NCBI RefSeq assembly: GCF_036971445.1
Contig: NC_091482.1
Span: 50,592,001-50,656,000, forward strand
From: Narcine bancroftii
Taxonomy: Eukaryota
Reading direction: 5' to 3'
Length of the DNA stretch: 64,000 bases
Shown: positions 24,801 through 38,417 of the stretch, one piece after another
How positions within the stretch are numbered: position 1 is the first letter of the stretch
How the letters are laid out: each line of letters starts with the position of its first letter
Made by a program: the position numbers and the translations under genes
Notes under the pieces: model-generated
Told to the model about the DNA's origin: nothing
What the model saw: only the letters and a program-made list of their open reading frames with translations
Database searches by the model: none

Positions 24801-26289
24801 CTTCCACACCTGACATCAGTAAAATGTAGACAACGTGGTTGATACACACTAATAATGACTCCAAAAGCTGAGTGAGGAACGATGGGCTTCAATACAACTC
24901 CGTGTGCTCAAATGAGGGGTTTATAGCCGGGTCACAGGTGGAGGGGTTACAGGGGATTGAGTCATCAGTGGGCGGGCCAGCAACTTATATAGAACAGTAT
25001 ATCACCATATTGGTCAAAAAAAGCCAATGTCATTACCCTATGTTTCTAAAATATTTTATGGATTTCAGTTATAAAACATGTTGATCTAAGATGTATATGA
25101 TTCATTTAGTGGACGTGTAAGTCGTTTCATGGTTATCGCTCCTGGGGGAAAAGGAGGTGAGAGGGCATTTTGAAGGCTGGCAAGAATCAGCAAAGTCCAG
25201 GGTCAGGTGCCACTTGCTGTGCTGTCATTGGTTAGTTGGTAAATGGGCACACCTTTGCACATGTGGTGCTTGACTTCAGCAGTAGCACTAGAGGGAGCTG
25301 ATGGGCAGAAGGATACAGTCTACAAACTAGTTTGACTTGTGCTGCTTGGAAAGTGGAAGGGCCAGGATGCGTAATGTTTTGCTATCTGAAAACCACAGTT
25401 GGAGATGTATAACATAAACACTGAAGAGGGGTAATGTTTGTTCATCTTTGTTCAATGTTTGTACATATGCATCATATCTTAGTGAAGTAGCTTTTTTTAG
25501 ATTCACCTGGATAAGAAAATCAGATTAGGGTTTCAAGCTTGGGTTGAATGGTTTCTTGGAGATTCAATCACATCCAGCCTCTCTCTCAAAGAATAGCTAA
25601 TATTTACATGGTTGGTGCCAGTGAAATCATATCTAAATGATTTCATGCTAAGGAAATCCCATCCAGCACCAATCACTGACAGGGTTACATCATATTGAAC
25701 TAGCGCCAAGAGAAAGGCACCTTAATGAGAGCCAACGCATGGGAAACTGTAAACCAGTGTTCAAATAACGTACCTTAATTTCTTTCAATTTCCAGAGGTT
25801 TTGCTCTCGGTTATTCTTGATGTTAATCTTGGGTGCAACCAAGTTCTACTTGCTTCTAAAGACTTGTTCGTTCTCCTCAGTTAAACTATTTCTATTTCCA
25901 ATAATTCCGCTGAACAAAGTAACAAAGGGAGCTGTATTTGGTCTTTTTTTGGTAAAATAATTTGTTGATTGACCAGTTTCTGGTGGGGATATTTTACCTA
26001 TAGCATCAGAAAGCCAAATAATCTGATGCAATAAATACCCATAATTTTTAAAACAATAAATTTTCTTCAAGTAACTCTGAAAGCAAAGCGACTGGTAGTG
26101 AGCAGGTGTTATTCTCGGGTGCTGTGGAAGGAGCAGATTGAGAGCGTCTACGAAAATGAATGGGGCATGAGCTACAATGTTGATGCCACATGAGGAATGA
26201 AGGCAATGTATTGATTTGAAATGCCTTAGAAATGTGTGATAACGTTGCAAAAAAGAGTCTGCAACATGGTGTTAATTTAATTAATTTTA

Positions 26290-26505
26290 ATTAAAAAAAA
26301 ATTTTGGTAACAGGCCCTTTTGGCGCCCATGCCACTCAATTACACCTAATTGACCTGCAACCCCCAGTACGTTTTGAACGGTGGGAGGCAACCGGAGCAC
26401 CTGGTGGAAACCCACGGAGACACGGGGCGAACGTACAAACTCCTTACAGACAGCGCAGGAACCGAACCCTAGTCCTAATCACTGGCTCGGTAATAGCATG
26501 GCGTG
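26290..26505 (-). mobile_element. V-SINE
   Basis: V-domain and tail as in the other copies; further decayed copies at about 26630-26885 (-) and 27660-27930 (+). Confidence 0.7.
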
Positions 26506-27239
26506 CTGCCCTTGAACTTATCCATTGTTTATTTTATCAGAGGTGGAAAGGAGAAAGCAGCCAACCCTTTAGCAAAACAATTTGTCATTGAAATGAGGTT
26601 GCCTATATTAATTTTAGTAGTTTGATTGTCTTGGAGATACAGCATGGATAACGATCCTTCAGGTCTCTGAGTTCGTGCCAAACACCCATTTATATCAATC
26701 CGATATTAATCTAATTTTTTATTCTCCCCATATTTTTAATCAACTTCTCCCAGATTCTGACAGTCATCTCCACACCAGGGGCAATTTACAATAGACAACC
26801 AACCTAGATAATTCAAGGATGGGGGAAATCAGCATACCGAATGAAACCCCCAAGGTCCCAAAGAGAACATGCAAACTCCACCCTTGGTTTTGAGTTATGT
26901 GGTGTATTCTGTCCTTAGTGTGTGTTTCGTCTACACGCTTTATACAGATAGCGAACATTATGCGGAGTAATTATTCAGAATCAACCAGTAACTGCTGACG
27001 TGGAGCAGATGTTTCATCAAAGTACATGATGTGTCATAGTGGCTGAATCGATAAGCCGCATGAAACTTCCCTTCCCCTTCTATCTGAGCCCCTTTTCTTC
27101 ACTCTTTTAACACTGAGATGCAGGCATTAACAGATCTATACCAATGCAAAGATAGGCATCTTGTAAAGAGTAACAACTCATACCAGAGAAATTCTTCTAA
27201 ATCATAAGGACATGAGATATTGGTGGTTAAAAGATCACT

Positions 27240-27245
27240 TTTATT
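27240..27245 (-). promoter_or_regulatory. Candidate distal poly(A) signal of the ADAMTSL3-like gene
   Basis: AATAAA on the minus strand ending a U-rich UTR-like tract. Would imply a 3'UTR of about 5.5 kb; nearer AATAAA sites also exist (e.g. about 30205, 32230). Confidence 0.3.
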
Positions 27246-30012
27246 AAACTTCAGTTGAACAAAAAAAACCACACAAACTGGATTACAAAGGAAGCACAAA
27301 TATTGTTTCCATGATTATATATCAATACAAATGTGAGATAATTGTTGTTTTGAAAGCCTAAAACAAAGTTTTACAAAATATATGAATATTCAATGTCTCT
27401 GCATTTACAGCTCTAAGGCTATGAACCAATTTTGGAAACAGTCTGTATAACCCCAAGTTGCTCTGTATAACATCAGATGGGTCCAAACGTTTGTGAGCCT
27501 TATCCGAGTATTTGCATCATATACAAAGTGAGTAACTACACTCTGAATTATGGAAGGTCCTGTATGTAAAGTTGCAAGGTGGTGTGGCAGCTCACTCTTT
27601 TGGACAAGAATATGAAGCTCGAACCTTCTGTTCTGCATATGACCCCGAGACACTTGCACAAGGTTGGGTAGCGGATCGAACAGAGCTGCTTCACATCCTC
27701 AATGACCCAACTTCAATCCTGACCTCTGATGCTACCTGTTCGCCATGATTGCTCTGGGCCCTCCAGTTTCCTACCCCCACCCCCATCCCCTCAGCAAGTC
27801 TGTGAGTGGCAGCATCTGGGGGAGTTGAAAGGCGATTAAAATGGGATTAAGTAAAGAACGGTGTTAAATGGAGCACTGATGGTCAGCACAAACTCAATGA
27901 GCTGAAAGGCCTGTCTCCATGTTTATTTACTCTATTATAATTGCGCACAAAACCCTTTCCCTCACAACCTACCATTGGAGAGCAGAGGAAGACCAGTTGG
28001 AAAGTAGATTGTGGGGAGGAGAAGTGTTTGGTCACTGTAGGGAAAAAAATGATGAAGGTTGGGGTAAAGGAGGGGCTGTCTGACAATTAGCAAAGCCAAG
28101 GTGTAGTGGGGAGGGGGGGGGGGAGAATGAGATCCACGGGGCCAAGGTTACATCAGCAGGGATGGGTTTGGAGGCAAGAAGAAAAGAGGAGATGCAAAGA
28201 ATCTGACTGAGGAAGCTCAATGTCTTATACTTTCCAGGAAGAGTTGAAGTGCAGCCAGGTTTTGGGAAAGATTCACTTGTGCAATGCCTGAACATAGCAT
28301 TAGATGAGAGAATTTCTAGCCCAGTGTAAGTAGTAATGGACAGGGTTTCATTAAAAAATATGGACACAGAGCAATAACAAATTGGGAATGAGAGCTGAGC
28401 CAAGAGCTAGAAAGGAAAGTGGTCCAAAGGTAGATTGTATTGCGTGATTTGTTCTGGCACCCAACAAGGGAAAATGAATAAATACATTACTGGTTTGTTA
28501 TGTGACATTCCAAAAATTCAACTAGGCATTTCCTTGCAGGACTAATATAATTTCCAACCTAAATTATGTAATTTCTCAAAGTACAGCAGAAGAAATTAGT
28601 CCGTATAGCCCTGATAGAAATCTAGATTTGTAACTCCTGGGCCAACTAGTCTTTGTAGTTACTGAAACTTTGCTCACTCTTATTCCCAGGAACATCAACT
28701 GCACCTCCACCTGTTAAATCTTCCCCCTCCTCCAGTCACCCCCCCCCCCCACTTAGTTCATCCTTCTAACCAATCCAAGTACAGACATATTCCCCACTAT
28801 CACTTTCAACTTCCCTCCCACTTAACAAAGGACTTTTACATAATTGCTGTCTTAGGCATCTCTCTCATTCCCTTTCCCTTAGTTCTTGCACTGATCTCCA
28901 ACAACCGATCTCACACTTGTCTATGCATACAATCATCAACCCTTCCCAGGCCCACGTCTCTCACTTCCTCAGTTTTGGTTCCATCTTTTTGTCACTGATA
29001 AAAAGCTATAAAGCTTTAAGTGGTTCTGCTATTCTGATTGATCCTTTGTCAAACCAATTGTTGGTTAATCCAATGAGAACTCATTAGAACCAGGGGCATA
29101 TATTTTGTGAGCAAAATTCTCTCAGTGAAGTCAATACAGCTGTTAAAAGTGGAACAAAGGAAGGGGTAGGGGGTAGTTTTGGGAAGTTCTTCAAATGAGC
29201 TCATCAGAAGATCAGATAGACTCTCATGGTAAGAAGAACAAGCAAAAAGGAAATGTAGCCAGGAAAACACAGCAGAAGAATATCTATGTTCTAAGTAATA
29301 TCCTTTCTCAGTCAAAGGTTTTGGAGAGTTAATAGAGAAGAGAGAACATTCCTATGTAAGAAATTGAGACCAAATAAAATGTTTATATTCTGATTTGGGA
29401 TTTTTGCCTCACTGAAATATAAACCCTCAGAAATGCAGAAATCTACCAGATAGACCAATGCATCAAGGACCAGGTTGATAGGAGTTGGTGTGCCTAATTT
29501 TCAAGGCCTACTGGCTATGCAGAGCCCATGGGTAGCACTTTAGATACGTCTTACATTTAAACCCTAACCCAGGGAGAGCTTCATTACCAAGTTACGTGCA
29601 TTTCTATGTCTGGAAAAAAAAGACAATTTTGATAAGTGCTTAACATAGTTACTAGCATTTTAACTTTAAATAGGAAGTGAAAAGTAACTTCGAAAAGAAG
29701 CTTTGGTAGTAAATAAGTCCCAGCAAAAATACTCTTTATAACACACAATGTACAGTATTCAGTATTGCACTTCATAACAGAAAATAAATATGTACAGGTA
29801 ATATGTTACAATTTTTTTTGTTTAATTTATGGACAACCTTTTGCAAAAGGACAAGACCCATCAATTCTTTGGAGAATGTAAAATCATCTTCTTCTGGGAA
29901 AAGACCAACTTAAAACAGCTGTATTCAGAAACATAACTGGAGGACTTGGAAATGCACAAATGTGAATCAATGTTAAATGTTTACCACTGCCTATAATACT
30001 GTTACCCTCAAT

Positions 30013-30123
30013 AAGCCCTATTGCTGAACACCTAAAAGCCCTATTGCTGAACACCTAAAAGCCCTATTGCTGAACACCTAAAAGCCCTATTGCTGAACAC
30101 CTAAAAGCCCTATTGCTGAACAC
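30013..30123. repeat. Perfect 23-bp tandem repeat, about 4.8 copies
   Basis: AAGCCCTATTGCTGAACACCTAA repeated without mismatches. Confidence 0.95.
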
Positions 30124-32705
30124 AAATAATTATTTATCAACTGAGTTTCAGCAAAATTATTGTACTTGTCTAATTTATATTGTTCAAATTAAATTTAATA
30201 CACAATTATTAGTGACCATACGTTTACTAGATTAGTTTATATTTTTTGCATATTTCCTCTAAGTTTATTTATTTTAGTAAACTGGCAGCAAAATGATTTC
30301 TTACATTCACTCTTATTTCATCTTTTTTTCTTCTTCTTTATCCCTTCAGTAAAGGGAAGATGATTTTGAAATTTGCTGTGTTGTGATGCCATATTGTACT
30401 CACGAAACAAAATTAAAATACTGCAGTGTATTTTGATGCATTGTCTATTGTTCCTGTCAAGAAAGAACTCAAGGATACTTTGAGTTATAAAGAAAATAAA
30501 ATATAAGGTTGGACTCATTATTTAAACACAATGAATTTCTTGTAAGATGCAGAGTGCTGGTTATTGCAGCAATATTACACTAGCTGTTCTGTACTTTTAA
30601 AACATTTACAGAACTATTCAGAGCCGGTCTGTACTTTGCCAACATATTTTTTGCTGCTATTTATTTTAAAATTTGCTTTCCACATTTGATTTTCTGATTA
30701 TGAATATATTCTGTCATCTTCTTTGCAGTCAAAAATGAATTTTAATAAACCTCAGCAGGGCTATACATTAATTAATGTTTCTGGGAAACACATGGACCAG
30801 TAAAGGTTAGTTTGAAATACAAAACATGAAGTAATATTCCATTAATGACATCAGTTTACTCAGATCTATGCTCCGACACAGATTGGCAACATGTACTGCG
30901 AAGATGAATGTTGATCTACACCGACTTCCCTGTACGATAAGTCTCTGAAATTTACTGGAGTGGGTGGAGGAAGTATGTGTGCAAACATACCAGCTGAAGG
31001 GTAACCACATTAGGAAAGAAAGATCGGAGTCACTTGAGTATATCTGATTCACCAGTGGAGGAACTGTGCTTGGAAGCACATCATATAATGAATTGTTCCC
31101 TTGGCTTCAGGAGAATGAGAAACCCTTTGAGAATAAAATTAGTTGGAATTGAATCATATAAAAAATGTAAGGACTATATGCCTGTTATGTTCACACATTA
31201 TAAATAAGGGAAATCTGAGCTTTATTTTGAGAGTCCATTACTCATCAAGTTGTTGTAAGAACTGAGGGGGAAAAAGTTTCAAATGCACATTCAAGGTTTA
31301 AAATGACAAATTTAGCAGGAAAATATGCTTTCTTTCCAGGTGACCTTAATGAGACTCTCAAGGAAATGCCTGTGTTCAATTGATTCACGAAACTGTACTT
31401 GAGTGCTTTTGCAAAAGTTGAACATTTGATTTTGGTTTTTTTTATGGGGGGGTGGAATTCAATCAATGAAATCAAATTCATTTTTTATCTGTTGTTTTTG
31501 CAAGAATTCTACACTGAAAATGTCAGATATATGGGCAATGCCACATTCAAAAGTTACTTTGACCTTTGATTTTTTTTTTAAAAAGAGCTGACCCTCAACT
31601 TCCACATTCTGATTCTAACCTGTTTAAATCCTGAAAATGATATGCAAATACAAAGGCGAGGCATTGATTCTCAGCTGCAATTTTAGTTGAAAACTGAAAG
31701 GTCAACAATTAGCAGTAAACCTGAGGATAGAGATTCTCCAGAGGCAGAAATGTTTTGCATTTATTTGAATATTTCCTTCTCTATTTTTGTGCAATGCAAA
31801 ATGTACTCACCATTAATTCATACGATTAAATTTGTGATCATTTTCTTAACAGTGGTAATTTAATTCTTTATCTTAAAGGGTCTTTTTGAGTCAAGAAATA
31901 AACATTGTTATCATGGGTGTTGCAAATGGAGAAAGGTTCCTATGTGACCATATTAAAAACGTAATGTGGCAGCTCAAACTAAAGAGAATTGGTGAGATTA
32001 TCTGTTAAATATTTTCCCTCAAGCATAATTTACCTCTGACTTTTTGTCTCTTTACAATCAAGAACAATTCGATGCTTTCCCTTTGCTAACACTTGACGGC
32101 AGTGCAGGCTGCGTTGGTAACAGCTAATTCACTGATCGGATTTCATTCAAAGGTGGGATTCACATTGCTAATAGGTCTTCCTTAAAGTAGCTATCCAAGG
32201 TAAAAAAAAAATGTGAACCACAAAATACTTTATTCCCATGTTCATTTTCATCCACAGGTCGAACAAGTCTGCAAGATCAGACGTAATTTGAAGTAACGAG
32301 AAAGGATAAACACTCTTGCCAGTAGCCCAACCCCCCACCCCACCCCCTTAGTTGGAAAGCTTTTCCTTGCCTTCACTAAAAAACCCACCTGAAAATGTTT
32401 GTTCTCTTGGTGGCAGTGTTAATTCACATGATACAATCTAAATCCTGCGCGTTGAAGAATACATGGGCAGAACAAGTCCATAGTAGAGTTGAGCAGTTCT
32501 TCCCCCAAAGGATCAGCTGCCTGCATATTTGACTAAAATAATAAACAGCAAGGAAACCTTTGGACCAGCAGATTTACAGCACAATTGAAATATTTTCCCC
32601 AAGTTCATCTTAGATCAGATTCTACTGCATTCAGTTAATCTCCAGAGTTCTCCATAAATCCATTCACAGTCTTAATACTCCAGCAAACCAGTGGCATCTT
32701 ATCAG

Positions 32706-32821
32706 TTAGAGATTTCTGCAGGAATCGCAGCACCTGTGTTTGTAGGTGTTCAAGTGGCACAGCATCAGGCGTTTCACCAGTCCACAGTAGCGCATTGTGT
32801 CCATGCATTCTCCATCAGAAG
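32706..32821 (-). CDS. ADAMTSL3: ADAMTSL3-like terminal exon (PLAC domain)
   Basis: Minus strand ttccag|CT; encodes (T)SDGECMDTMRYCGLVKRLMLCHLNTYKHRCCDSCRNL*, a canonical PLAC Cys pattern. TAA stop at 32708-32706. Confidence 0.92.
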
Positions 32822-33042
32822 CTGGAAGCAACACATCCAAATCTAAATAACTGACACGTCATCGGGATGAGGTGAAGAAAACAAAAACTTCATTCACTTT
32901 TTCCATTTGCCACTTACTTATCGCAAAACTGTAATGAGATCCCAGCATACCAGACAAAAGCTAAATTCTTCCAGCACAAGGTTTTTTTGCTTGTCGTGCA
33001 ACATATTTTTTTATTTTTGACCAAAAGTGGAAATGTACTTAC

Positions 33043-33257
33043 TGTCACAAGAAGTTAGATTGCAATGTTGCCATGTGACTGGCCGCCTCTTCCATCCACA
33101 AAACTGATCCGCCACAACTTTGTTGTTTTTGTTATGGATACAAGCTACTTGTCGAGACTGGAAACCACTTCCACATGTGGCTGCACACTGTCTCCAAGGC
33201 CTTGTTCTCCAATGCACATTACACCTCTCTGATTTACATCGTCTTGCAGAAGGAGAT
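33043..33257 (-). CDS. ADAMTSL3: ADAMTSL3-like exon (last TSP1 repeat)
   Basis: Minus strand ccacag|A...GACA|gtaagt, 215 nt. Encodes SPSARRCKSERCNVHWRTRPWRQCAATCGSGFQSRQVACIHNKNNKVVADQFCGWKRRPVTWQHCNLTSCD. Confidence 0.92.
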
Positions 33258-33279
33258 CTGTGGATTGCAAACATTATTA

Positions 33280-33983
33280 CTGTAGAAACCCTGGTATCCG
33301 GAATTCAAGTGGCAGCCCCAAGCAACTGGCAAAAAGAAAATCCAAGAAAATAAATTTAACATTTTTAAATAAGTAATAATAAAAAAAGATTTTAAAAAAA
33401 CCGTTAGCTTAAAATTGTAAACGTAAATGTTCTCTGAAGTAACGTGTAAACCTTTGGTGAAGATGGGAGCAAATATTCGGCCCAGCGGAGCGCCTGGGTC
33501 GTGCCTTGCTCATAGCGGCTGTTTGAATAAAGTTGTGTGAAGCAATTGTGTTGCCCAGAATGAAGAACTGGTTGATGCTGCTTGTTGCAGTGTGGGCTCT
33601 CTTAAAGTGTCCTCTTATCCCTGTTTAGTAATTGTGGCCCTGGTCAGAAGTTTTATCTATAAACTTGGGGGAGGGATGGTTAATTATCTTTTATGTTATT
33701 GTTCATCTTTCAGGAGGCTGTGTGGAGGGGGAGGAACCTGCAGATGGAGTGACGGTTAAATGTTTTCAAGGAATATGACTGAAAACAAAGTAAAATGCTT
33801 TAAGGTTCATATATTTATGTAAGTGAAGCTTGTTCAGTGTAAGTACAATATTGTACTTTTGTCTTTTAAACTATTCTTAATACATATGTATGGGTTAGGC
33901 ATTGTAAGTCTCAAGAAACTAGAAAACATACTTATCCAGCATCCACCAATCCCTGTAGGTTCTGGATACCAGGAGTTTTATTG
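33280..33983. mobile_element. Tigger/pogo-type non-autonomous DNA transposon
   Basis: TA|CTGTAGAAACCCTGGTATCCGG ... TGGATACCAGGAGTTTTATTG|TA inverted termini with TA TSD; same family as 54298-54506. Confidence 0.7.
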
Positions 33984-34799
33984 TATAATTTAGAGCAGCT
34001 GAGGATGGGCAGCTTGAATAGATTTGTCCTTTGTGAGGTGTACATAGTGGTGTAACTAAACAGCAGCATATATTGCAGAACATTCCTCACCCTTGAAGAC
34101 ATTTACTTCCATGGTGAAAATAATTTGTCTTGTTTAGTTGAGTTAATGAGTTACGGACATACACATTGTACAGTGTACACATGCACTGAAATTCTTACTT
34201 GTTGCAGCCAAACAGTTATATGGTAAAAGAGACAATTATATGGTAATTTAATACAATAGCATGTATTAAATTAAAAAGAGACAATCAATTAAAATAAAAC
34301 AGATAATAAATATCCACAGCCACTACTGTCCAAGGAGAGAAGTGGTGTTCCAGTGGTGCAGATGACCCTTTTCGTGGTGTTGGAGTATTTTATGATTAAT
34401 GTAGTCAAAGGAGGATCAATAGCCTGATGGTCAATGGAAGTTAAAAAAAAACTATTCATGAAAGCAAGAGACATTGTAGCCAAAGGTAGCAGTGAGAAGA
34501 GATTGTGACTAGGGTTATGGTCTTGATTGCCTTTATGAGGCAGTATTGAACTTGTCTATGTTTGCTACTTCTGTGATCCGGGCCACCTGAATTGCTGAAC
34601 CAGGCAGTAATGCAACCAGTCAGTATACAGTAGATAACAACAGTCCACCTGTGGATAGGAGTGTTCGACAACATGCCAAATCTCCTCTGATTTCTTTAAA
34701 TGAAGGAGGCCAAGATCAAAAACTCTGATCTAAAGTTCCATAAGTTCAAACGAAAAAAAAATGTATTGATTTACTTGTTCACGGTAAATTTGTGGACCA

Positions 34800-35412
34800 G
34801 ATACTGACTGCCATCATAGACACACAACATCTCCTCACTTGTCAGGAAGGTACAATTGCGACTATACTTCCTGAGAAGACTATCAGTTACCATCATGTCA
34901 ACCTTCTACAGGAGCCCTACTGAGAGTGTCCTGCCTGGTTGCATCACAGTGTGGCATGGTGGAAAATGATTGGAGGCCAATTCACAGGACCATAAAAGTG
35001 GCAGAGAGTTTCACTAGACTCTCCCTTCCACCCCCCCCACCCCCCACCAATGTGATCTGCCTGGATCGTTGCCTGAACAAGGCACACAAAGTTGTTGAGG
35101 ACCCCTTTCACCCCACGCACAGCGCCTTTCAGCCACTCCCATCGGGAATATCAACACCAGTACCATCAGGCTGAAAAATAGCTCCTTCCCACAGTCAGTG
35201 AGAATGATGAACGATCAAAGGAAGTGCTCACACTGACCATCTGAGAGTATCACAGTTACAAAACAGCATATATTTATTTATGAATACTTGTCCTGCATGT
35301 GTATTGTTTATCCATATGTGGGTAATGACTGCTTGTAGGTCTGCATGTTTTGACAGGAGAACTGCTTTTGTCGGGTTGTACTTATGCAATCAGATGATAT
35401 ATAAACTTGACT
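34800..35412 (+). mobile_element. Rex1-type LINE 3' fragment
   Basis: IHRTIKVAE...VVEDPFHPTHSAFQPLPSG motif and AAACTTGACTT tail. A second, antisense Rex1 fragment lies at about 34130-34690. Confidence 0.7.
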
Positions 35413-35790
35413 TTAAAACAGTCTGACCTCACCAAGGATCAAACAGGTGCTAGACACTTCCTATCAATATTATCGGAATATTTTATCCCTATAATTAGTT
35501 ATTTACAGAATATAATTTGCAAATCTTTTGTGCTTTAGTTTCTACCAAATTCCAGATTAGATATCATTAACTTCTTGATATTCATTGTACAAGTTAAAAG
35601 AAGTTAGTTCTGGTAATTTGAAACTGCTGTTGGTCAAGCTCATATTATATCAGCATTTTTGCTTGTTGAATTTTAATGCTGAAGTTTTCATTTTCAATTA
35701 TTCCCTGCTTTTCGAACGTAATTAACAATGTTGTCACAACTGTTATTATGTGGAAAATTGCCACAGATTGCAATGATGTTCCCATAATAC

Positions 35791-35900
35791 CTCTCTGTTT
35801 TCATGCAAGAGGACCTTGCAGCTGACGTTCCATTTGGATAGCGACATACAACTTGGCGGTGCTGGACAGCAATGCCGTGACCCACACAACGGCCAGAACA
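35791..35900 (-). CDS. ADAMTSL3: ADAMTSL3-like exon (TSP1 repeat)
   Basis: Minus strand tttgacag|TGT...GAGAG|gtatt, 110 nt. Encodes CSGRCVGHGIAVQHRQVVCRYPNGTSAARSSCMKTE(R). Confidence 0.9.
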
Positions 35901-36147
35901 CTGTCAAACAAACGAGTAAAAAAAAAAGTTGCCAGGATTTAAAAAATGGTCATAGACACATTTGATTCCAAATTACAAAAACTCTATAAAATTGGTACTA
36001 GCACATCAAATGCAAATCCAGAAATCTTGAAAATCATCTATAAGCTTTATTCTTAAAATGTGTGTTTTGGATGTGTTTGGAAAGAGATTTATTGCTCAAG
36101 GGAATAGCCACACTTAAGGATCCAAGTATGGCAGCCTATGAAATATT

Positions 36148-36640
36148 GAACATAGAACACTGCAGCACATTACAGGCCCTTCAACTGTCGATGCTGTGCT
36201 GACCTATATATTCGTACCAAAATAATTCAAGAAATCTACACCCTTCCTACCTCATGACCCGATAATTTTCTTCATCCATGTGCCTGTTTAAGAGTCCCTT
36301 AAATGCCCCTCATGTTTCAGCCTCCACCACCATCCATGGCAACTCCCTGTGTAAAAAGATCCTTACCCCTGACGTCTCCCCTAAACGTTTCTCCCTTCAC
36401 TTTGTTAAGACGCCCTCTGGTGTTTGCTACTCCCACCCTGGGAAAAAGGTGCTGGCTGGGTACCTTATCTATGCCTCTCTATGAAGTCACCTCTTATTCT
36501 TCTAGGCTTCAAAGAGAAAAGTCCCCGCTCTGCTAACCTTGCCTCATAAGACTTCATTTCCAATCCAGGCAACATCCTGGTGAATCTGCTCTCCAAGACC
36601 TCCCGCCTCCTTCCTATAATGTGGCGACCGGGAGTGAATG
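36148..36640 (-). mobile_element. CR1 LINE 3' fragment
   Basis: Antisense CR1 motifs (GAACATAGAACA tail, CAGCCTCCACCACC, AATCCAGGCAACATCCTGGTGAATCT). Confidence 0.7.
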
Positions 36641-38417
36641 TAGAGATATATGGAGATGCAAATTAGTGGTGAATTGATGGATCCACGATGCTATAGTCAA
36701 AAATAACATAATAAAAACTTAGATTGGACGAGAAATCCCACACATGCAGTTGGTTATGTTTCCACCAGCCTGTGTGTGCCTTTTGTAAATGGAATAATGA
36801 CAATAACAGAAGTCATTTGTCGCAAAAGGGAAGAAGAGGATGAAAGCGGTCAGTTCAGCACTAATAACAGTCGTACGAACTTCTGACTTCTCTTGTCAAT
36901 ACCAAGATAACTAACATATATTTAGCATTAACATGTAGTACACTAAAAATTACATTTGCTGACAGGATAACCTACCAAAATGGCAATGCCAAGGTGAACT
37001 CTATTATTGTTATGCACTTGTATCTTATTGCACTGAATGTCTATTCTCGCCAATGTCAAAAATAGGTCTGACCTGCATGCCCCATTATGTTTCCTCTTTC
37101 ACATGTCTTGCTGATGTGAATCAGTTGTCAGTTCCTTTCCCTTGCAGTTTCTAAACATTGGGGTACCTTCGCATGAACCTCAACCCAACCTCAACGTGCC
37201 ACGGACTTTCCAGCAAGTGTTTCCAGGGATTAACTCTGCCTCAGCAGGTTAATCTTTTCAGTCGCAGCTCTTAAAAGAGCATAATTTTCAGAAAATTATT
37301 TGGACTAAGTGTAGCAAATTGCTGTTAATGTCCCCAGTAGTAATGATTGGTATGTACAGGTGCAGAATGATGACAGATTAAATTGTTGGCATCACCTAAC
37401 ACCAGATGAAGGCTTTTGCTTCCAATATTATATGCGGCCTGTGGAACAGAGGAGCCCCAGTATATTTAAATTTAGGATTTTTGATTTTATTATTGCAATT
37501 GACATCACTGTTCTCAGAGAAACGCAGCCATTCATACATCAACACCAGGGAGATGTATTATTCTCCTCTCACCTCAATAAATAATTATCTGATTCCTTGG
37601 CCAACTGCTGTTGTAGCAAATAAAAGCATGCCCAGACTAATTCCTTGATTTCAACACAACTGAACATTTTCATTGCAACTCAGCTTGGGGAAATAAAAGT
37701 TTTATTCCATTACTAATGATTGTTTCCATCTAAAGTTAATCGGCTCTGCTTGTGTACAATTAGGGAATAATTTTAACCATAAGATATAGCTTTAAAAAAA
37801 AGGAATAGTGGATCAAATGCTTGTTATAAACTTTTCTCTTCAGGGAAGATGGAGGGCTACATGATGACGACTGATTTCATAATTGACTTATTCCACAAAG
37901 CCAGGATTACAATTAAGAGATTAACTTAATTATGTTTGTTTAAAGATGAATTTTAATAAAATATTCATGACACACTGTTTATTGGATACATTGCCTTTTC
38001 ATGCATTCTGAGCCAAACACAGAGATGAGTGTTGCTTGGAAGGGAACCACCAGCAGATAACGTCGCACTGGGAATCGAACCCACTTAGTTTCTCTCCATT
38101 TAATTGAATAGAAATACTAGCTGACAGTATCTGCTCCAGGCATGCCGTCTTCTCCATGGAGATAGTCAGATGGCAGAGGTATTCAATTAATGGTAAATTA
38201 TCAACTGCTGATATGAATTACCCATAATTCTGAAATGGTTTTGAAGCCTAGGAGCCAATTTCATTTGCAAGGTGGAAATTCCTTTGAATTTAAGTTTTGG
38301 CAACTTTCCTTTCACTTCGTGAGAGCAAATTAATTCTTCCTGGAAATATCAGAGTAAAAGCTTTGGCTAAACCAACCTCTTTTGTTCCCATTCAAATACC
38401 ACCTTAAGTAATATGTG

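Noticed and set aside
24834-25008. Short solo-LTR-like segment (also about 60483-60672)
   Set aside because: LTR-like composition but degenerate termini and no matching TSD.
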